Source: Camelus dromedarius (Eukaryota). From it: 64,000 nt of DNA. The position numbers were made by a program, and so were the translations under genes. The notes beneath the pieces were generated by a model that saw only the letters and a list, made by a program, of their open reading frames with translations, did no database searches and had not been told where the DNA came from. Every line of letters begins with the position of its first letter. Position 1 is the stretch's first letter. The stretch covers positions 56,980,001 through 57,044,000 of the forward strand of contig NC_087437.1 of the NCBI RefSeq assembly GCF_036321535.1. Reading direction: 5' to 3'. Positions 37,550 through 50,904 of this stretch are shown piece by piece.

Positions 37550-38530
37550 CTGACTCCTGGCATGTCAGTGTGAGGAACTCTTTTGACCTGCTTCCCAGAG
37601 AAACAGTGAAAATTATAAAAAGCAACCATTTATAGCTTCTGTAAATGATCCCAAGAGCAAGAAGCCAATGAAAAAAATATCGATTCAAGAAAATCTTTAA
37701 GAATTGGGAAAGGCCAGAATCTGTAGTGTTTGAACTCCCTCTCTAAATCCTCCCAGCTCAGTGAGGTGGAGAATTCACTTCAGAATGCTATAGCCAAGAA
37801 CACAGGACTCTCTCTCCCCTCAGCTCCCAATAAGAGACCTTTCTTACTAGAAGGAGAAGGACTTCAGGACTTCTGCCTTGATACTGCTGAAGCTAAGTCC
37901 TGGGCACGTCTGGCTGAGAGGTGAGGGTTTTAATTTCCTATTCAGTCCCTACTTGTGAAAAGGGGACTCTGCCTTGGATGCGATTTGCTGAGAATATGGG
38001 GGCCATAACTGTCCTTGCCCTGGCTTGTGAGGCAGAGGTTAGATGCCAGAGGAGTCACAAGAAGAGATGATTTCAGACTACTGGCTGAACCCTCACTCCC
38101 CTACCAGGGGCTCAGCTCCTATTGTGGGGTTTTCACTCAAAGAGAAGCTTGCCATTGTGCCTGCCTACAGCTCCTGGGGGGAGATATGTGGATTTAATGA
38201 AGATACAATCTATTGACTAGTAGATTGACTGGTTTGCAGAAGAGAACCATGAATGAGGCAGCTGAGAGGAGTCCTTTTGGGATCAGAACAAATACCAAGC
38301 ACTGACCTCAGAAACTATTCCTTTAAAGGATCTACAATTTGAATGGATTAGTAGGTAGAGTAAAAATAAAGTACCAGGGCATTGTTGAAAGTAGCAGAGC
38401 AATCAGTGGGCAATTGGTGGAACTGAACAACTGGGGACAGTCAGGGAGAGAGTAAGAGAGTCTTACCAATACCACTGTTGTCTCAGGGTGACTGTAGACA
38501 TACCCAGAGCTGTGTCTCCTTGAGAAGCAA
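37550..38530 (+). mobile_element. Old L1 5' UTR region
   Basis: 'gagcaagaagccaatgaaaaaaatatcgattcaagaaaatc', 'cactgacctcagaaactattcctttaaagg' and 'cagggcattgttgaaagtagcagagcaatcagtgggcaatt' resemble eutherian L1M 5' ends. Confidence 0.55.
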
Positions 38531-39174
38531 GATTATTGAGGTGTAGATACAGCCATACATCTAGTGAGGCCCTGGGCTAGGATTCTGGAGCTCTTAGCCT
38601 TTGTACTCTACTTCTGTTTAATGCTACTGGACTGTTTGCACAACTGTGATACAGCATTTGGAAGGCAAATGCTGAAATTCCATTGAATTTGTCCTCTGCA
38701 GTTCATATACTTTAGACTTACCAATGTTTACTGATCCACAATTATGTACTTGGTAATGTACCAGGTAATGTAAGAACTGCAGAGATGAACCACACCTGAC
38801 CTTTGACCTCAAAGACTAAGTATGGCAACATGAGGTACCATCCGCTGAATAACCATTACAGAACATTACAAACGTTCCTAAGCTAAACACGAGCAGACTC
38901 CTTGGGTGATTCTCAGAAATACTGGGGTGAAAAGGCCTCTTTCTGCAGGGGATTGAATTTCCAGTAGGTACTGGAGACTCAGAATTAATAAGATTCAGTT
39001 ACTCATGTAATGAGACCTTAGTTTTACTAGTAGCCTGCTGAAAACGGAGATAATTAGTACCATTTAAATTTAACAATCTATACCATTCATTTAACACTTA
39101 CTATCATGTGCCAAGGGCTCCTGGAAACACTGTAACGACCACGTATTGCCCTGGAGGCACTTGGATGCAGAGGC

Positions 39175-39728
39175 CGACGAGAGAGCCGTGCGCATGCGTC
39201 AGGGCTGGCGCGTTGGCGCGCCAGGTCAAGGGTCAGCCCGCAAGGTGGCGGCAGCAGCGGTGACCCTTCGGCGGCCGAGCGGCGCGGCGGCTGCGCGGAG
39301 CCTGCTGTCTGGCGCGAAATGTCTCGGCTTGCGGAACTAGGCCGCCCAGGGGAAAGTCACGCCCACCAGCCAGGTTTAGGACGATAAAGACTACAGGAAA
39401 GTTCGATTTGTAGGTCGTCAGAAAAAGGTGAATGAAGACTTCGCCGTGAATCTGATAGCAGAGCAGCCTGTGAGCTAAGTCAAAAGTCGAGTGACAGTAT
39501 GTAACGGCGGTGGGGGGGTGGGGGGTGGTACTTGGCCGCCCGAATTTTACATAAACTTGACAAAGAAACAAAAGACTGGAATGTGCTGCTATCGTGGATT
39601 CCAGTTCAGAAAGCACCATCCCTACCGGGGTGAGCATTTCAGTGTTGGAATGAATATGGTGACCCGAGTGCTGCACGTACTGCATTACTGGTGCCGAACA
39701 AAGTGTGTTGTTCCCTTTAAAAAAAAAA
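39175..39728 (+). pseudogene. NDUFS6: Processed pseudogene of NADH:ubiquinone oxidoreductase subunit S6
   Basis: Intronless frame from GTG (mutated ATG) at 39245: VAAAAVTLRR...[72 protein letters not shown]...FYINL...KTGMCCYRGFQFRKHH. This matches NDUFS6 ([55 protein letters not shown]...CGYCGLQFRQHHH). Stops at 39338, 39377 and 39476. Decayed polyA signal AACAAA at 39697 and A-run at 39719-39728. Confidence 0.96.
39189..39235 (+). promoter_or_regulatory. NRF1 motif and DR1 nuclear-receptor element in the retrocopy leader
   Basis: TGCGCATGCG at 39189-39198 and AGGTCA-A-GGGTCA at 39223-39235. Function untested. Confidence 0.45.
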
Positions 39729-42700
39729 GAGGGGGTGGGAGACATGAGAGGTAGATAAACAACAAAAGCAAAAGTGGTAAGTACCTTCTGAAATGTGGCT
39801 AAAAGGCTATGGAATTCCAGAGGATGGAGACATTCAAGCCTTCAAGGCCATCAGAGAAGTCTTCATCCAGTGGTTGGAATTTCATATGGAATTTGAAAGA
39901 TGGAGAGCTTTGACCGTGCAACCACTGAGTGATAGGATCCCAAGTGAAGGAAGAGCATGAGCAGAAATAGGAAAGTAAGGGGTAATATACAGTGACTAGT
40001 GAGAAATTGAGTTTGATTGGGGTAGCAGTAGAGACTGTAGGGAATGCTTTTGAATGGCAGAAAAAAAATGTCGGGAGAGATGTTTTACAAAGAATATTCA
40101 TCATAGAAATTCTTTCAGGTGATGCCAAATTTATAACCACACAGAATGGCAGAAGGGCAGAACAATGAAGAGACTCACGTAAGAAAGCATGAAGCTGCTT
40201 CAGAATGGCTATGAGCTTTCTTTCCTATCGAGAAAAAAAAATACCACTGCATTTCTCCAATGACACTGGTGTGACAGTGCTCCAAAAGAAAAAGAAAAGG
40301 TGCTGACTCTGATGACTATGATTGCATCTTGCTACTTTCCCTTTATTTCAATAGCCAGGCTGCAGGCTTTTGATACAGACTGAGAGGATAACTGGTCCAA
40401 ATGCTCAACTATTCGTGTTCTCATCCAGAAGGAAAATTCTGTATCTGTTCCTAAGAGATAACATGTCCATGTGAATTAAGAAATTAGAAATAGCCAATCA
40501 ATTCAAACAAATTAAGTTTATAAACATAACTCTCAAAATTCTTAATACTTGGTTAGAATAAAAACAAATTTTAGGCAAATAGAGGCAATAGTTTTTTTTT
40601 AATATATTATTTTGCAACTATATAAATTAATAAATACTTCTGGTTTTTTAATGATTTTCACATCCATGTTCTCAATTGTATTCTTGGAGTTTCTGACATT
40701 ATCAGGGCCTGGAGTTTTAGCCCTGTTTTTCAGATGAGGAGACTGAGGATGAGAAATAAAGTGACTTTCTGAGGAAGCAAAGACTTCTGAAGAGACCAGA
40801 GAGCTAGTAGTACTACCTTTGCTGGTGCAAGTGTGGACACAGAGACTGAGGCTAACTCGCGGAAAGACTCGGAGCTAGTAATTGATGAAGTTGGGACTCA
40901 AATCCTGCATTCTGACTCTTAGACCAGGAAACTTCCCACCACACCTTACTGCTCCTGAAGATTAAGTAAGTATAATCTTCTCTTTTGATCATTGCCTTCA
41001 TGTGATTCAGCAGATACTCAGTCTGTTTCACAAGAATGTAGTCAATTCTACCAAACTTTCTGTAGCCAGTAGGCACCAGCACAGTTTGTTTCATCCTGCA
41101 CTCTCCGAAATGAATAAATTCTTCACCTGCAGAGGAGTGACATTTAAAATAAATCCAAATAATTTTCTATTTTTGAAAAAGTCAAAGATGATCAGGAATC
41201 ACTTCCAGGCTTGGAGCTATAATAGCAATATTTTCTTGAATGACTCTGCAGTTTAAACACATATGGATCGATATAATCTCTGGGCCTCTTCTGGTGAGTT
41301 GCAGTTTTGAAATTCACTTAATTCGTTGCTATCTTAGAATCAGTATCATGCACTAGATGGGCCATCCAAAGTTTAGTGTTTATGGCTATATATATATAAA
41401 ATCCTTGCAGACTGTAAATCAACAGTGTACCCAAATGCTTTCTAACTGCTGGGAGAATTATTCCACAGGATGAAAAAAACAGGAAAAGAACAGTTCACTG
41501 CTTTATAAACTTTAGAAAGTCCAGATAATTTTGAAAATTATTCCAACAGGGAAAAATAACATTCAGTTACAGACTTAAAAAAAAAGATTTATGACTATGG
41601 TATACAAAATGCCCTATTTCCTAGTAAGTATCACATGTGGATTGTAATTTGGATATAGAAACAATATCTCTCTATTCCTACTTTCCAAAGAGGATGGTAG
41701 AGGAGTTTGATGGGCAATTGAATTCATAGCTTCTTTTTACGCTCTCATTTTGTGTGATCTTAGGGAAAAAAAAACCTTTATGGCAACACAGTTTACCATT
41801 TTTAATATTGTATTTATAATTTCTGCTTTCAATAAATGTTTTTAAAGGACTTCCTAGATGTTACGATATAAGCTTTTACAGCTCCCATTGGTTAACAAAC
41901 ATTGACCTTATGATTTTAGAAGAGAACAAGATTTTTTTTTTTAACAGTTTTCATTAGCATGTTCAGGACTCTTCTAAAAGGCTTATCTGGTGCATGTCGT
42001 TCTTCTAAGTGACAAGCAGTTTATAAGAAGGGATCAGACAATGCAGGACTGAAAGGCGGTTACCAGAAAATGGCTCAAGGCAGTATCCTTTCTTCATATG
42101 TGCTGTTTCCATGTTTCCTCATCACGTGTGTGATGTATTTCTACTTACCTGAAATACAACGTTTTCTTTTGTGGATAGCATGGGATTTGTCCTCCGTTTC
42201 ATGATAGCATATTTATAAATAATTGAGAAACCTTAGTGTTTATAAATTACAACAGTTTTCTTCATGGACCTGGTTTTGGGCTTTGGACTACAGCATGGCT
42301 TAAGGAGGCAAAAGACTGTAGTGGCAGAGAAGTCAGGTCAGATAAGGATTTGTGTCCCTGATCTTTAGGACTCTCATGGTGGTGAGTGACTTGTCTTTGT
42401 TGCTTGGAATAGAGTAAGAGTGAGAAAACCAGGGATCCCTATTCTGTGTTACAATAGACTGATACTCTCCAACCAGCACTTCATGTATATTGCCGAGGGT
42501 AGGTGAAGTCCATGTGAACTCAAGTAAATGCAACAGCTTGATCCCCAAAATATTCTCTTTCTATGGCAGAGCATGAAATAGAAAGTCTCCCACACCACCT
42601 GCTCACTGAAGGTTTACTGCAAGAGTGAATCTCTTTTACTTTTCTTTGATTTACATTTTTCTGGTGGATATCTGGTATTCCCTATTTCACCACCCATAAG

Positions 42701-45215
42701 TTTAAGAAAGAAACACAGCAGTTGCATTTCTTGGTTCATTAGCTTTTAGCAGTAGCAGTTTATTCCAAAAGCAAAAGATGCAATTTTCTCAGATATAAAC
42801 TCCTTGTCTCTCTTTTTCCCTTCTTCCATCTCTTAGTTTCTAAGAATTTTAGCATTATTTTAACATTTCCATGGTTTATAGGCTTGAGAATTCTACACTT
42901 TGTTTACGGAACTGTGAAAAACAGAACCCAACAGTGTTTACAGTATTAAGATTATCTAAATCTTATTCACTGCAGAACCAAGTTGTATAATTGGATCTGT
43001 AGAGAAAAGGAAATGTAATCTTAAAATATTATGAGTCACTAAAGAGAATTTTCTGCAAGTCAAGGCCAAATGAATTCTCTTTTCTTGCAGTTCATTAATT
43101 GTTCAAAGTAATGCTACATTATAGATCAATTCATGCCTGAATCATAAGGAAATGAGCCTTTTAGAAATCTTCCTGGGAGGCTGAGGAACCTTTTAAGAGA
43201 GCATCTAAGAGAAGAGAGAATAGGTCAGGACTGTTTGAACAAAAAGGTTTTAATTGTCAGAGTAGAGAAGGCTCCCATAGACTATGTATAAGTTTAATCT
43301 AAGATGATTATTTTTATTAAAATTTCTGTAAGGCATTTAGGGTCCAGGGAATCAGTGTTTTGATAATTTGTTATTCTGATAACTGAATAAATACAAAAAT
43401 AATCAAATGAATATTTATAGAACTCTACTCCAGAGTGAAATCTCTAGGACCTCAGTGATACTTAGTGATGTTGGCAGTAGGGCCTATTGGGAATTGTGAG
43501 GTTTGGTAGACATAACAGCACGTAAAGGTAACTGGAACATGGCAGAATCTAGGGTAAACAAGTTCTGTAAGGAGTGGACATGGGGATATCAAGAAGAAGC
43601 AGATACGGACCAAGGAAAGGTGGTGGTACCCAGAAAGAGCTTGTAAGCATCTACTGAAAGCAGTTCAGTGTCTGGGAGAAATGGCAGCACCCATTGGAGA
43701 TGGTTGTCCCCAACAGATACAACAGTCCCCAGAAGAGGAAAATTAGTTTAGAAGCTGGAAACAAATAGTAGATTTTATATGGAAGATGAAAAGCTTGTCC
43801 AAGAGAGCTCCCTGAGCACATAATTAGCAATGAGGGGGTAAGGAAAAAGACTGCTCAAAAATCAGTTATATTCATTTTTTTTTCTATCTAGGCCCTTGAT
43901 TAATGTTGTGACCATTTTAATTTGTAGTTATATGAAGACTAGCAAAATGACATCATAAGAAAAATTCGGTCAGAGTAACTATGAGAAAATCTTGGCAAAG
44001 TCCCTCTAAGATGATAAGAGACTAATTTTCCTAACTGTAAATTGGGGATGAAAAGAACCCCTTCCTCACAAGGTATTGTGAGAATTAACTGGAGAGTTGT
44101 GAAAGTCATATGTAAATTCTAATAGGTTATAGGGCTGTTAGCTTTCCTTCTGTAGAAAAATTTGAGAAATTCTTTCCTTTGGTTACTTCACTCTTGCCAA
44201 AAACTTGGGGCTTCTTATCCCTTGCTCAGTGGAGCAGTGATGATCGTTAGAATCCTCACTCTCCTCACCAATACAGTTGGCCTGGCTTGGCCTGCCTTGA
44301 GCCTAATATTATCTCCAGTATTTTAATTTTTCCCATGGGCACTCAAAGAGGATATACTTTATGGTCCTTACAAAAAATATGTATTACCTTATTGTCCAGA
44401 CTCTTGGGCAGAATTTTCTTCTGAGGTGGCAGTGCAGCACCCCCACCACCATTTCAACCCCTAAGGGAATCTAGACAACTTAGCTTAAGAACACTTTTTG
44501 TTATTGTTGAGACTATCTCTAGACACACTTACCCCCATTTCTCAACCTGTTTCCTAGAGCCGGTTTTAAGGTAAAGGCAGTTTGCCTTGTAAAACCAAGT
44601 CTGGGCGAAGGCCTCCCAGTATCTCTAGGTAGGCTTGTGTCCCAAACACAGAAACTGTGTTTCCAACAAGGTAGATGAAGGACAGCTTCCACACCCATTC
44701 GGATCCCAGAAAGGAGCAGGTATAGAAGCAGTCATTCAGCTAGGCTCAAGTGGAAGGGAATCTCTAAAAAAAAAAGAGACTATTAAAAATAAATTCATTT
44801 TTGTTATTGTAAGTCGTTATTTGGATGTTTTCAGCATTTGTTTATTGGATTTATGTGGGGTTGGTGACCAGAGTGGTGTACGAGGGAAATAACTAGAATA
44901 GAATTCATAAAGATGAGAAACTCAGGCCTTTGAGCAAATACCTCTTTGAGCCTTATACATCTTCTAAAATAAATTATTTTCTGTTTCTAATAAGTAGTTG
45001 TGATATGGGGGATATATGTAATTAAATGGAAAAATTAAATGGGAAAATCTGCGCAGTGAGTCAAGATCTTAAATTTCCATTTACTATATTTGGCGTTCGG
45101 GGCAAGAAATTTGTCCTTTCTGAATATCTTTTCTTGTCTGTATAAGAAGGTGATATTCCCAATCATTTTAAAATACTTCTCAGCTCCATTCTATTTTAAC
45201 CCTAATGTGAGCATC

Positions 45216-45640
45216 TATGGTAGGCAGAATAATGGTGCCCCGGAGATACTGAGGTCTTAATCCCTGGAGCCTATGAATATGTACCTTACACAGCACAAGT
45301 AAATTTACGGATATGATTAAAGACTTTGAGATAGGGTTATTATCTGGGATTATCTAGATGGACCAAGTCTAATCCCATGAGTCCTTAAAATCGGAGCAAC
45401 TTTCCCAGCTAAGTCAGGGTGAGAATAAGATGTAATCACAGAAGAAAGACACAGGCAAAGAAACATATCCTTACTTAGAACATTCTGTAGAAAGGAGGAT
45501 AACTCTGCTGACAACTTGACTTTAGCCCAGTGAGAACTGGGTTATATTTCTGATCAATCCCAACTAGTAAGATTTTAAAAATTGTTTTGTGCTACCAAAT
45601 TTTTAGTAATTTGATAAGACAGCTATAGAAAATGAATACA
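45216..45640 (+). mobile_element. MaLR solo LTR (MLT1D-like)
   Basis: 'tatggtaggcagaataatggtgccccggagat...ttaatccctggagcctatgaatatgtaccttac...gactttagcccagtgaga...atagaaaatgaataca'. 5-bp TSD gcatc/gcatg. Confidence 0.85.
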
Positions 45641-48302
45641 GCATGCATATCACTTACTGCTTGGTTGCATATCACATATCACTTGGTTAGCATTTATTTG
45701 TCTCCAATATGTACTGGTTGCTGTAGAAGACACAATGAAGGGTCAGACATGGATTTTTCTCCCCAGTGATCTGGTAGTTAAGCGAAAGAGTGCACTTTGT
45801 GCACAACTGTGACCAAGGAGGAAAAAATCCAAGTTAGCAAGTGAAACCTAATTGGAAATTCAGAGAAAGAGGGGGATGGACCCTATCTGGGGAGGGTAGG
45901 AGAAAAGGTGATCAGGAACACTTGTACTGAAATCATATGCTTAGAACTCAAAGTGTAGCATTTGAACATGTAAAGATGGACCTACATTTTAAGCACATGC
46001 AAAGGTTCTGAGGCCAAGAATCATGGCCTGGGTATAAGAAATGGTCAGTAAGTACCATTTGGCTTCATTTGAGCATGAGAAATTGAATGTTAATAGCCAT
46101 TTTACATTATAATAACTGTGAGGCAGAATGAGAAATGTTTCCTTTTATGCAATGTAAAAAAGCCGAATGTAAATTATGTCTGCACATGAGCAAAGGCTGG
46201 AAGGAAATACCAACCACAACAAAATTTATAAATAGGCGATATTAGGGTGGAAGCATTCCAATTAATTCTTTTTCTCTTTTGATTATCATTATGTGTGCAG
46301 TATGTAGAAATGCATGGAAGTAGTTTGTGGATGGTTATATTTTGCAAATTTGAGGATTTGCAGTACATATACATAGCTTACAAATACAAATAACTTGCCC
46401 CATAAACCTGGTGGCCATTGCGCACACTCTAACTTCTAGGAACCCTGCAAAACGAAAATAGTCATAAATCTCTTTTTCTTTCTCTTAATTATTAGCATTT
46501 GACAGGAGGCATAAAGTATATGTGCAAGGTGTCCCTGCTTACAGCAAAAGACTCATCAAATAGGTACCCATCTGATAGGAAGGGTGATTTTTCAGCAGGA
46601 CATTGTGATGACAAAGCTTGGCTATCTGTAGATAAAGTAAAATATGGGGTGTTATTTAAATTAAAGTGATGAAATGCAAAGATTAAAAAACATTTCATAG
46701 AAGCCAACTTGTGCTCAAGGGACTCACTTATTAGGCAGTCTTGTGATGGAAAGTAAAATATATCCATCTATTCAAAAAGCAATTTATTGCCCACCTCACT
46801 GTCTTGCTAACCTCAGCATTCTTTCAAGGTAGCTGGAAGCAGAATTAGTTGCAGTAGTATTCATACGTCTATCCACCTCTATCTTATTGCCAAGATGAAC
46901 TAGATCTGTTTGCAACAAAAAAGGACATGTTGTCAGTTGGCATGACTTATTATAAAGTTGCATATTCATTTGATCCTTTTACTAAATTACTTTTTCCAAT
47001 CATCAAAATATATGCGTGTGTATTGCTGTCTTCTACAATGCATAAGACTTCACGGATGCTGTAGTCAGACATCAAGTAGCATGGTTTACTTTACTAAATC
47101 GCTAAATCCAATGTGTCAAAATTAGAAGGGCACTTAGGAATCGTATATCAAGCTACCTTACTTTATAGAGTGGGGAACTGAGGACCAGAAAGGGCAATAC
47201 TTTCATGAAATTTATAGTAAAAGTTAGTGGTAACATAAGAATGGAAATAAATCTTCCTATTCCTCATTTAATACTATTTCTAAATAACATACCGCATTCT
47301 GGTTGGAAACACAGATTGGGTTTAAGGAAAACAATTATAAGCACATCTTAAAATGTTTTAATGTGAAACTAAGTTTGATTTGGGGGAGAAAAATGAAACC
47401 AGGTTTACCTCCCTTTGAGATGAGTAGTAATTAACATGTTGCTAGGAGGTGAAAATAGGGGGCGCTATTGGAGAGTGATGTTAGGCTAATGTTACTCTGA
47501 CAATGCATGGCATCTTTATTTTTTCTTGTGCCTAGAGCAAAGCATGACTCATGAGGGTTACTCACTAATGTTTACTGAAATGATGCTCTTCTAAAATGAC
47601 AATAGATAGAACCGATCAACAGTTAATACTGAAATACCTATTGACTTTCTAACTACACTGAGCCCAGAGGCTCTGGAGAGCTATACAGGATGACGGGTTT
47701 TTATACTTCAGGAAATTGAAATCTAGTTGGAAGGAGAAGAATAGAATTTACAAAACAGCAACAAATACTGCTGAAAAGGACCCACTTAACTGCAAGAGTA
47801 TTTGGCTTAGTTGCTAAGAAAAGGAATCAGAGATAGGAATGATAGTAATGACTGAAGAGATAGTAATAACTTCAAAGAAAATATGAAAGTTGAACTCAGC
47901 CTCAAAGGACAAGGAGGCTCAGAGTACGAGCTGAGTAGGGAAGATAGTGAATCTCCTGGCTTTTATTATACCATATATTTTTTTCTGGGTTTCTTTTTAC
48001 ATCGTTGCCTGTTCTTTCATTTCCTTCATGAGCACATTTTTCTGGCTCCTTAAATGTTGGTGTTAACAGGATCTCATTTCTAGAAGTCCAATAAATTCTC
48101 TTATTTCTTTAGTTTGAATTAGGTACCTGTCATTTGTAACAGGGCTCTAACTTACCCACTGACTTTGGCTTCTTATTTATTTTTTTTTTACTTTAAACAT
48201 GTTTCTGCAAAATTTCCACCATTGTTTAAGATTTAACAATTACCTAAAAGGTGATTTCTAAATCTGTTTCTTAACTCCATACTCACTTTCTGCACTATAG
48301 AC

Positions 48303-48529
48303 CTATGGTTCTCAACTGGAAGCAGTTCTCATGTTCCAGGGGACAACTGGCAATGTCTAGAGACATTTCTGATGGCAAGGGGAGGAGTGTGCTATTGGCA
48401 TCTAATGGGTTTAGGCCAGGAATGCTGCTAAGCATCCCTTAGGGCACAAGCTACTCCCCTTCCCCCCATCTCCCAACAAAGGAGTGATCCATTCCAAGCA
48501 GTCATTAGTGTCCAGAGTGAGGAACCCTG
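48303..48529 (+). mobile_element. MER20 hAT-Charlie element
   Basis: 'ggttctcaactgg...ccaggggacaactggcaatgtctagagacatttc...gctattggcatctaatgggtttaggccaggaatgctgctaagcatcc...gaggaaccctg'. 8-bp TSD ctatagac/ctatagaa. Confidence 0.9.
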
Positions 48530-49306
48530 CTATAGAACCGCATGTTAAACTGCCAGTTGGCTTCCTTCATTTGAATGTCTCATAAATACCTCAAATTCTA
48601 CTTAATAAAAATGGGATACATCACTTTTCCATTTCTCAGACTTCAAAGAATGCCTGACAGTTCAGTTAGTTAAGCCTTGATAATATTTATTTATTAACTG
48701 TGATTGTTCCTATAATAAAGTTAGATCATCCAAGTGAGAATTGAGTCAACATTTTTTCACCAAGTCACAGCAGCAGATTGAGGAAGAAGGACTTAAAGCA
48801 GCTGGTCTTCCACTTCCTCGATCAGGTTCATGTTTCCTTGGGCATCTACTCCCTTTGTTTTGTTCTCCCCTTGGCTCCTCAGTGCCTCCTCCTATTTGTG
48901 CTCTTCTCCAGGCTCTGCCCACTGTCTTTTTGACTAAGTTAACTAATAACCAAATCCTTGTAAGATCACCGTAAAAATAACCCTGCTTTTGTAAAATAGC
49001 TATGCCTATTCCTAATTTGGAAAGAAATTAAGGCAAAAGAAGCAGAACTAAAATTGAAATCCTCAATTCTCTGTTCTGTGAATTGACATTCTCTGTCAAA
49101 CACGGGTATACAAATTTCACCTACGTTCAAAGGTAAGTCTTTAAAAATACACAATGCTATTTCTAAGCTTTTCCTGCATAAGTAGAATACGCCATAACCT
49201 AGAAATGCTAAGTATGAACTTGAAGATATCAGTTTTCCTAGTCTTTAGTATCAAACTTATTTTTTGTGAAACAGCTAATATGATTGCAAATTGAGGACCA
49301 GGGCCA

Positions 49307-49450
49307 GTGGTGTGTTGGTAAACCAACTCCCTTAAAAAAAAATGAAAAAGCTATAGTTTTAGTATTTGCTCATATACATGGTGTAAATACACTCATTGTC
49401 ATTTTCAAGTTGCCAGTTGTTTAACCTTTGACTCACAAAATTCCTAAATA
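49307..49450 (-). mobile_element. MER63-like hAT-Blackjack fragment
   Basis: Terminus 'cagtggtgtgttggtaaa', plus 'catggtgtaaatacactc' and 'ttttcaagttgcca...gactcacaaaattcctaaa'. Confidence 0.55.
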
Positions 49451-50904
49451 GTCCTGCCTAGTTCTGTCTTTTTTTGTGGGTAAAGCAGCGCTGAAGTGGG
49501 ACTTTCATGATTTGAGGTTTTGTTTTGGCCCTGGCATAAATTTACCGTATGACTCTAGGTTAGTTATTTTATGTCTCAAGTTTCAGCCTTCTCAGTTGCA
49601 AAATATGATGGTTGAATTGATCTCCAAGATCTATTATGGCTGTAACAGTCAAAGTTGCAAAGCACTCCCGTCATCAATCACAATGACTCTCAGTGTGCAG
49701 ACGTCAGTTATCAGTACTGTCAGGAAAGTGTAATAAAAATTTAAGATTAAATTGCTATAAATGAGTTCTTTTTTTCTATTGGTTTTGTCTAGTATAGATT
49801 AAATTCTGAGTAGGACTATCTAAAACAACTATAAATTGGATTGAAACAATTCTTTTTTTTTTTGCTAGTTTGTTCTTCCATTAATTATGCTTTCTCCAGT
49901 AAATAAAAGAAGCCTGTAAGCATTAACTTTTATATCATTAATCTGTTTCTAAAAATGGCAGATTTTTTTCTTGATTTGATCTCTTTTTATGGAATTTTGG
50001 CAATACAACATGAGTTTGATAGTGTTACATCTGAGAGATTTCATGAAGTGGCAATCAGTATAGGAAATGGAGAATGTACTTTTTAATGCTGCTTTATTTA
50101 AATAGACATATGCTTCTATTCTGTTACGCCATAAATAATTTTCTGGCATCTGTGGCATACAGATACTACCTTATGAGTCTGTTTCTGTGAAGTGTAACCA
50201 AACCAAAAGAATAAGCCAACTATGTGTTCCTTCTTTCTGGTCAAATGCAAATTTTCTGTTTAAAATTTTTCATTACCAAAAGACAAATGTGAAATTGAAT
50301 TTCATTTGGTTCCTTTTTCTTAAAGTGGGAAATCATATGTCATATGAGAGTATGCAATAGACCTTTTCCCTTGATTATGAAATTGGCAAAAATTATAGTG
50401 AATTAACTAAAACTTTCTGACTTTCTGTCTTGTTAATTTCCCCTAACATTTAGCCCATGATAGAATAATACATATGGCATCATAGAAAGTCAGAGCTGAA
50501 TGACCCTTTAGATGTTATAATTCAGTTCTTTGATTAAGTGCATGGAAAAACTGAGGCCCAAAGCTAGAAAATGACTTGACCAAAATAACACAGGAAGGGT
50601 ACCAGACTGCTCTTTCTACTCTATCCCAGAACATCCTGGCATTCACGTTATCTGACTGACTTTTCTATTACAAGGGTATAAAATTAGAACGTATTCTCAT
50701 CCACTTTGCATACCACCACCCCCGCACACCCTGCATCTTTTTACCTATTTACATTCAAGAGCCACAGATCTGTTTTCTGCAACTTCATACCAAATTTGAT
50801 CTCACACCTACCTACTAACTAAGATGTAAGTGATTAATAACAGATAAAAGAATAACTCCTAGGAAGTGTTTGTGTTTTCACAGATATTTAAGAGACCCTC
50901 GTTT

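Larger units (their letters stand above)
39085..40060 (-). mobile_element. L2 3' region, split by the NDUFS6 retrocopy
   Basis: 'cattcatttaacacttactatcatgtgccaagg...ttgccctggagg' precedes the retrocopy. 'ggagacatgagaggtagataaac...aaaggctatggaattccagagg...ggaatttgaaagatgg' follows it. Confidence 0.6.

Noticed and set aside
39233..39754. 170-aa minus ORF and 87-aa plus ORF over the retrocopy
   Set aside because: They are the antisense frame and a post-stop fragment of the NDUFS6 pseudogene. They have non-ATG or incidental starts, and the zinc ligands are lost.
34090..47552. Scattered isolated AP-1 heptamers (TGAGTCA/TGACTCA)
   Set aside because: Their frequency is consistent with chance for a 7-mer, and there is no supporting clustering.
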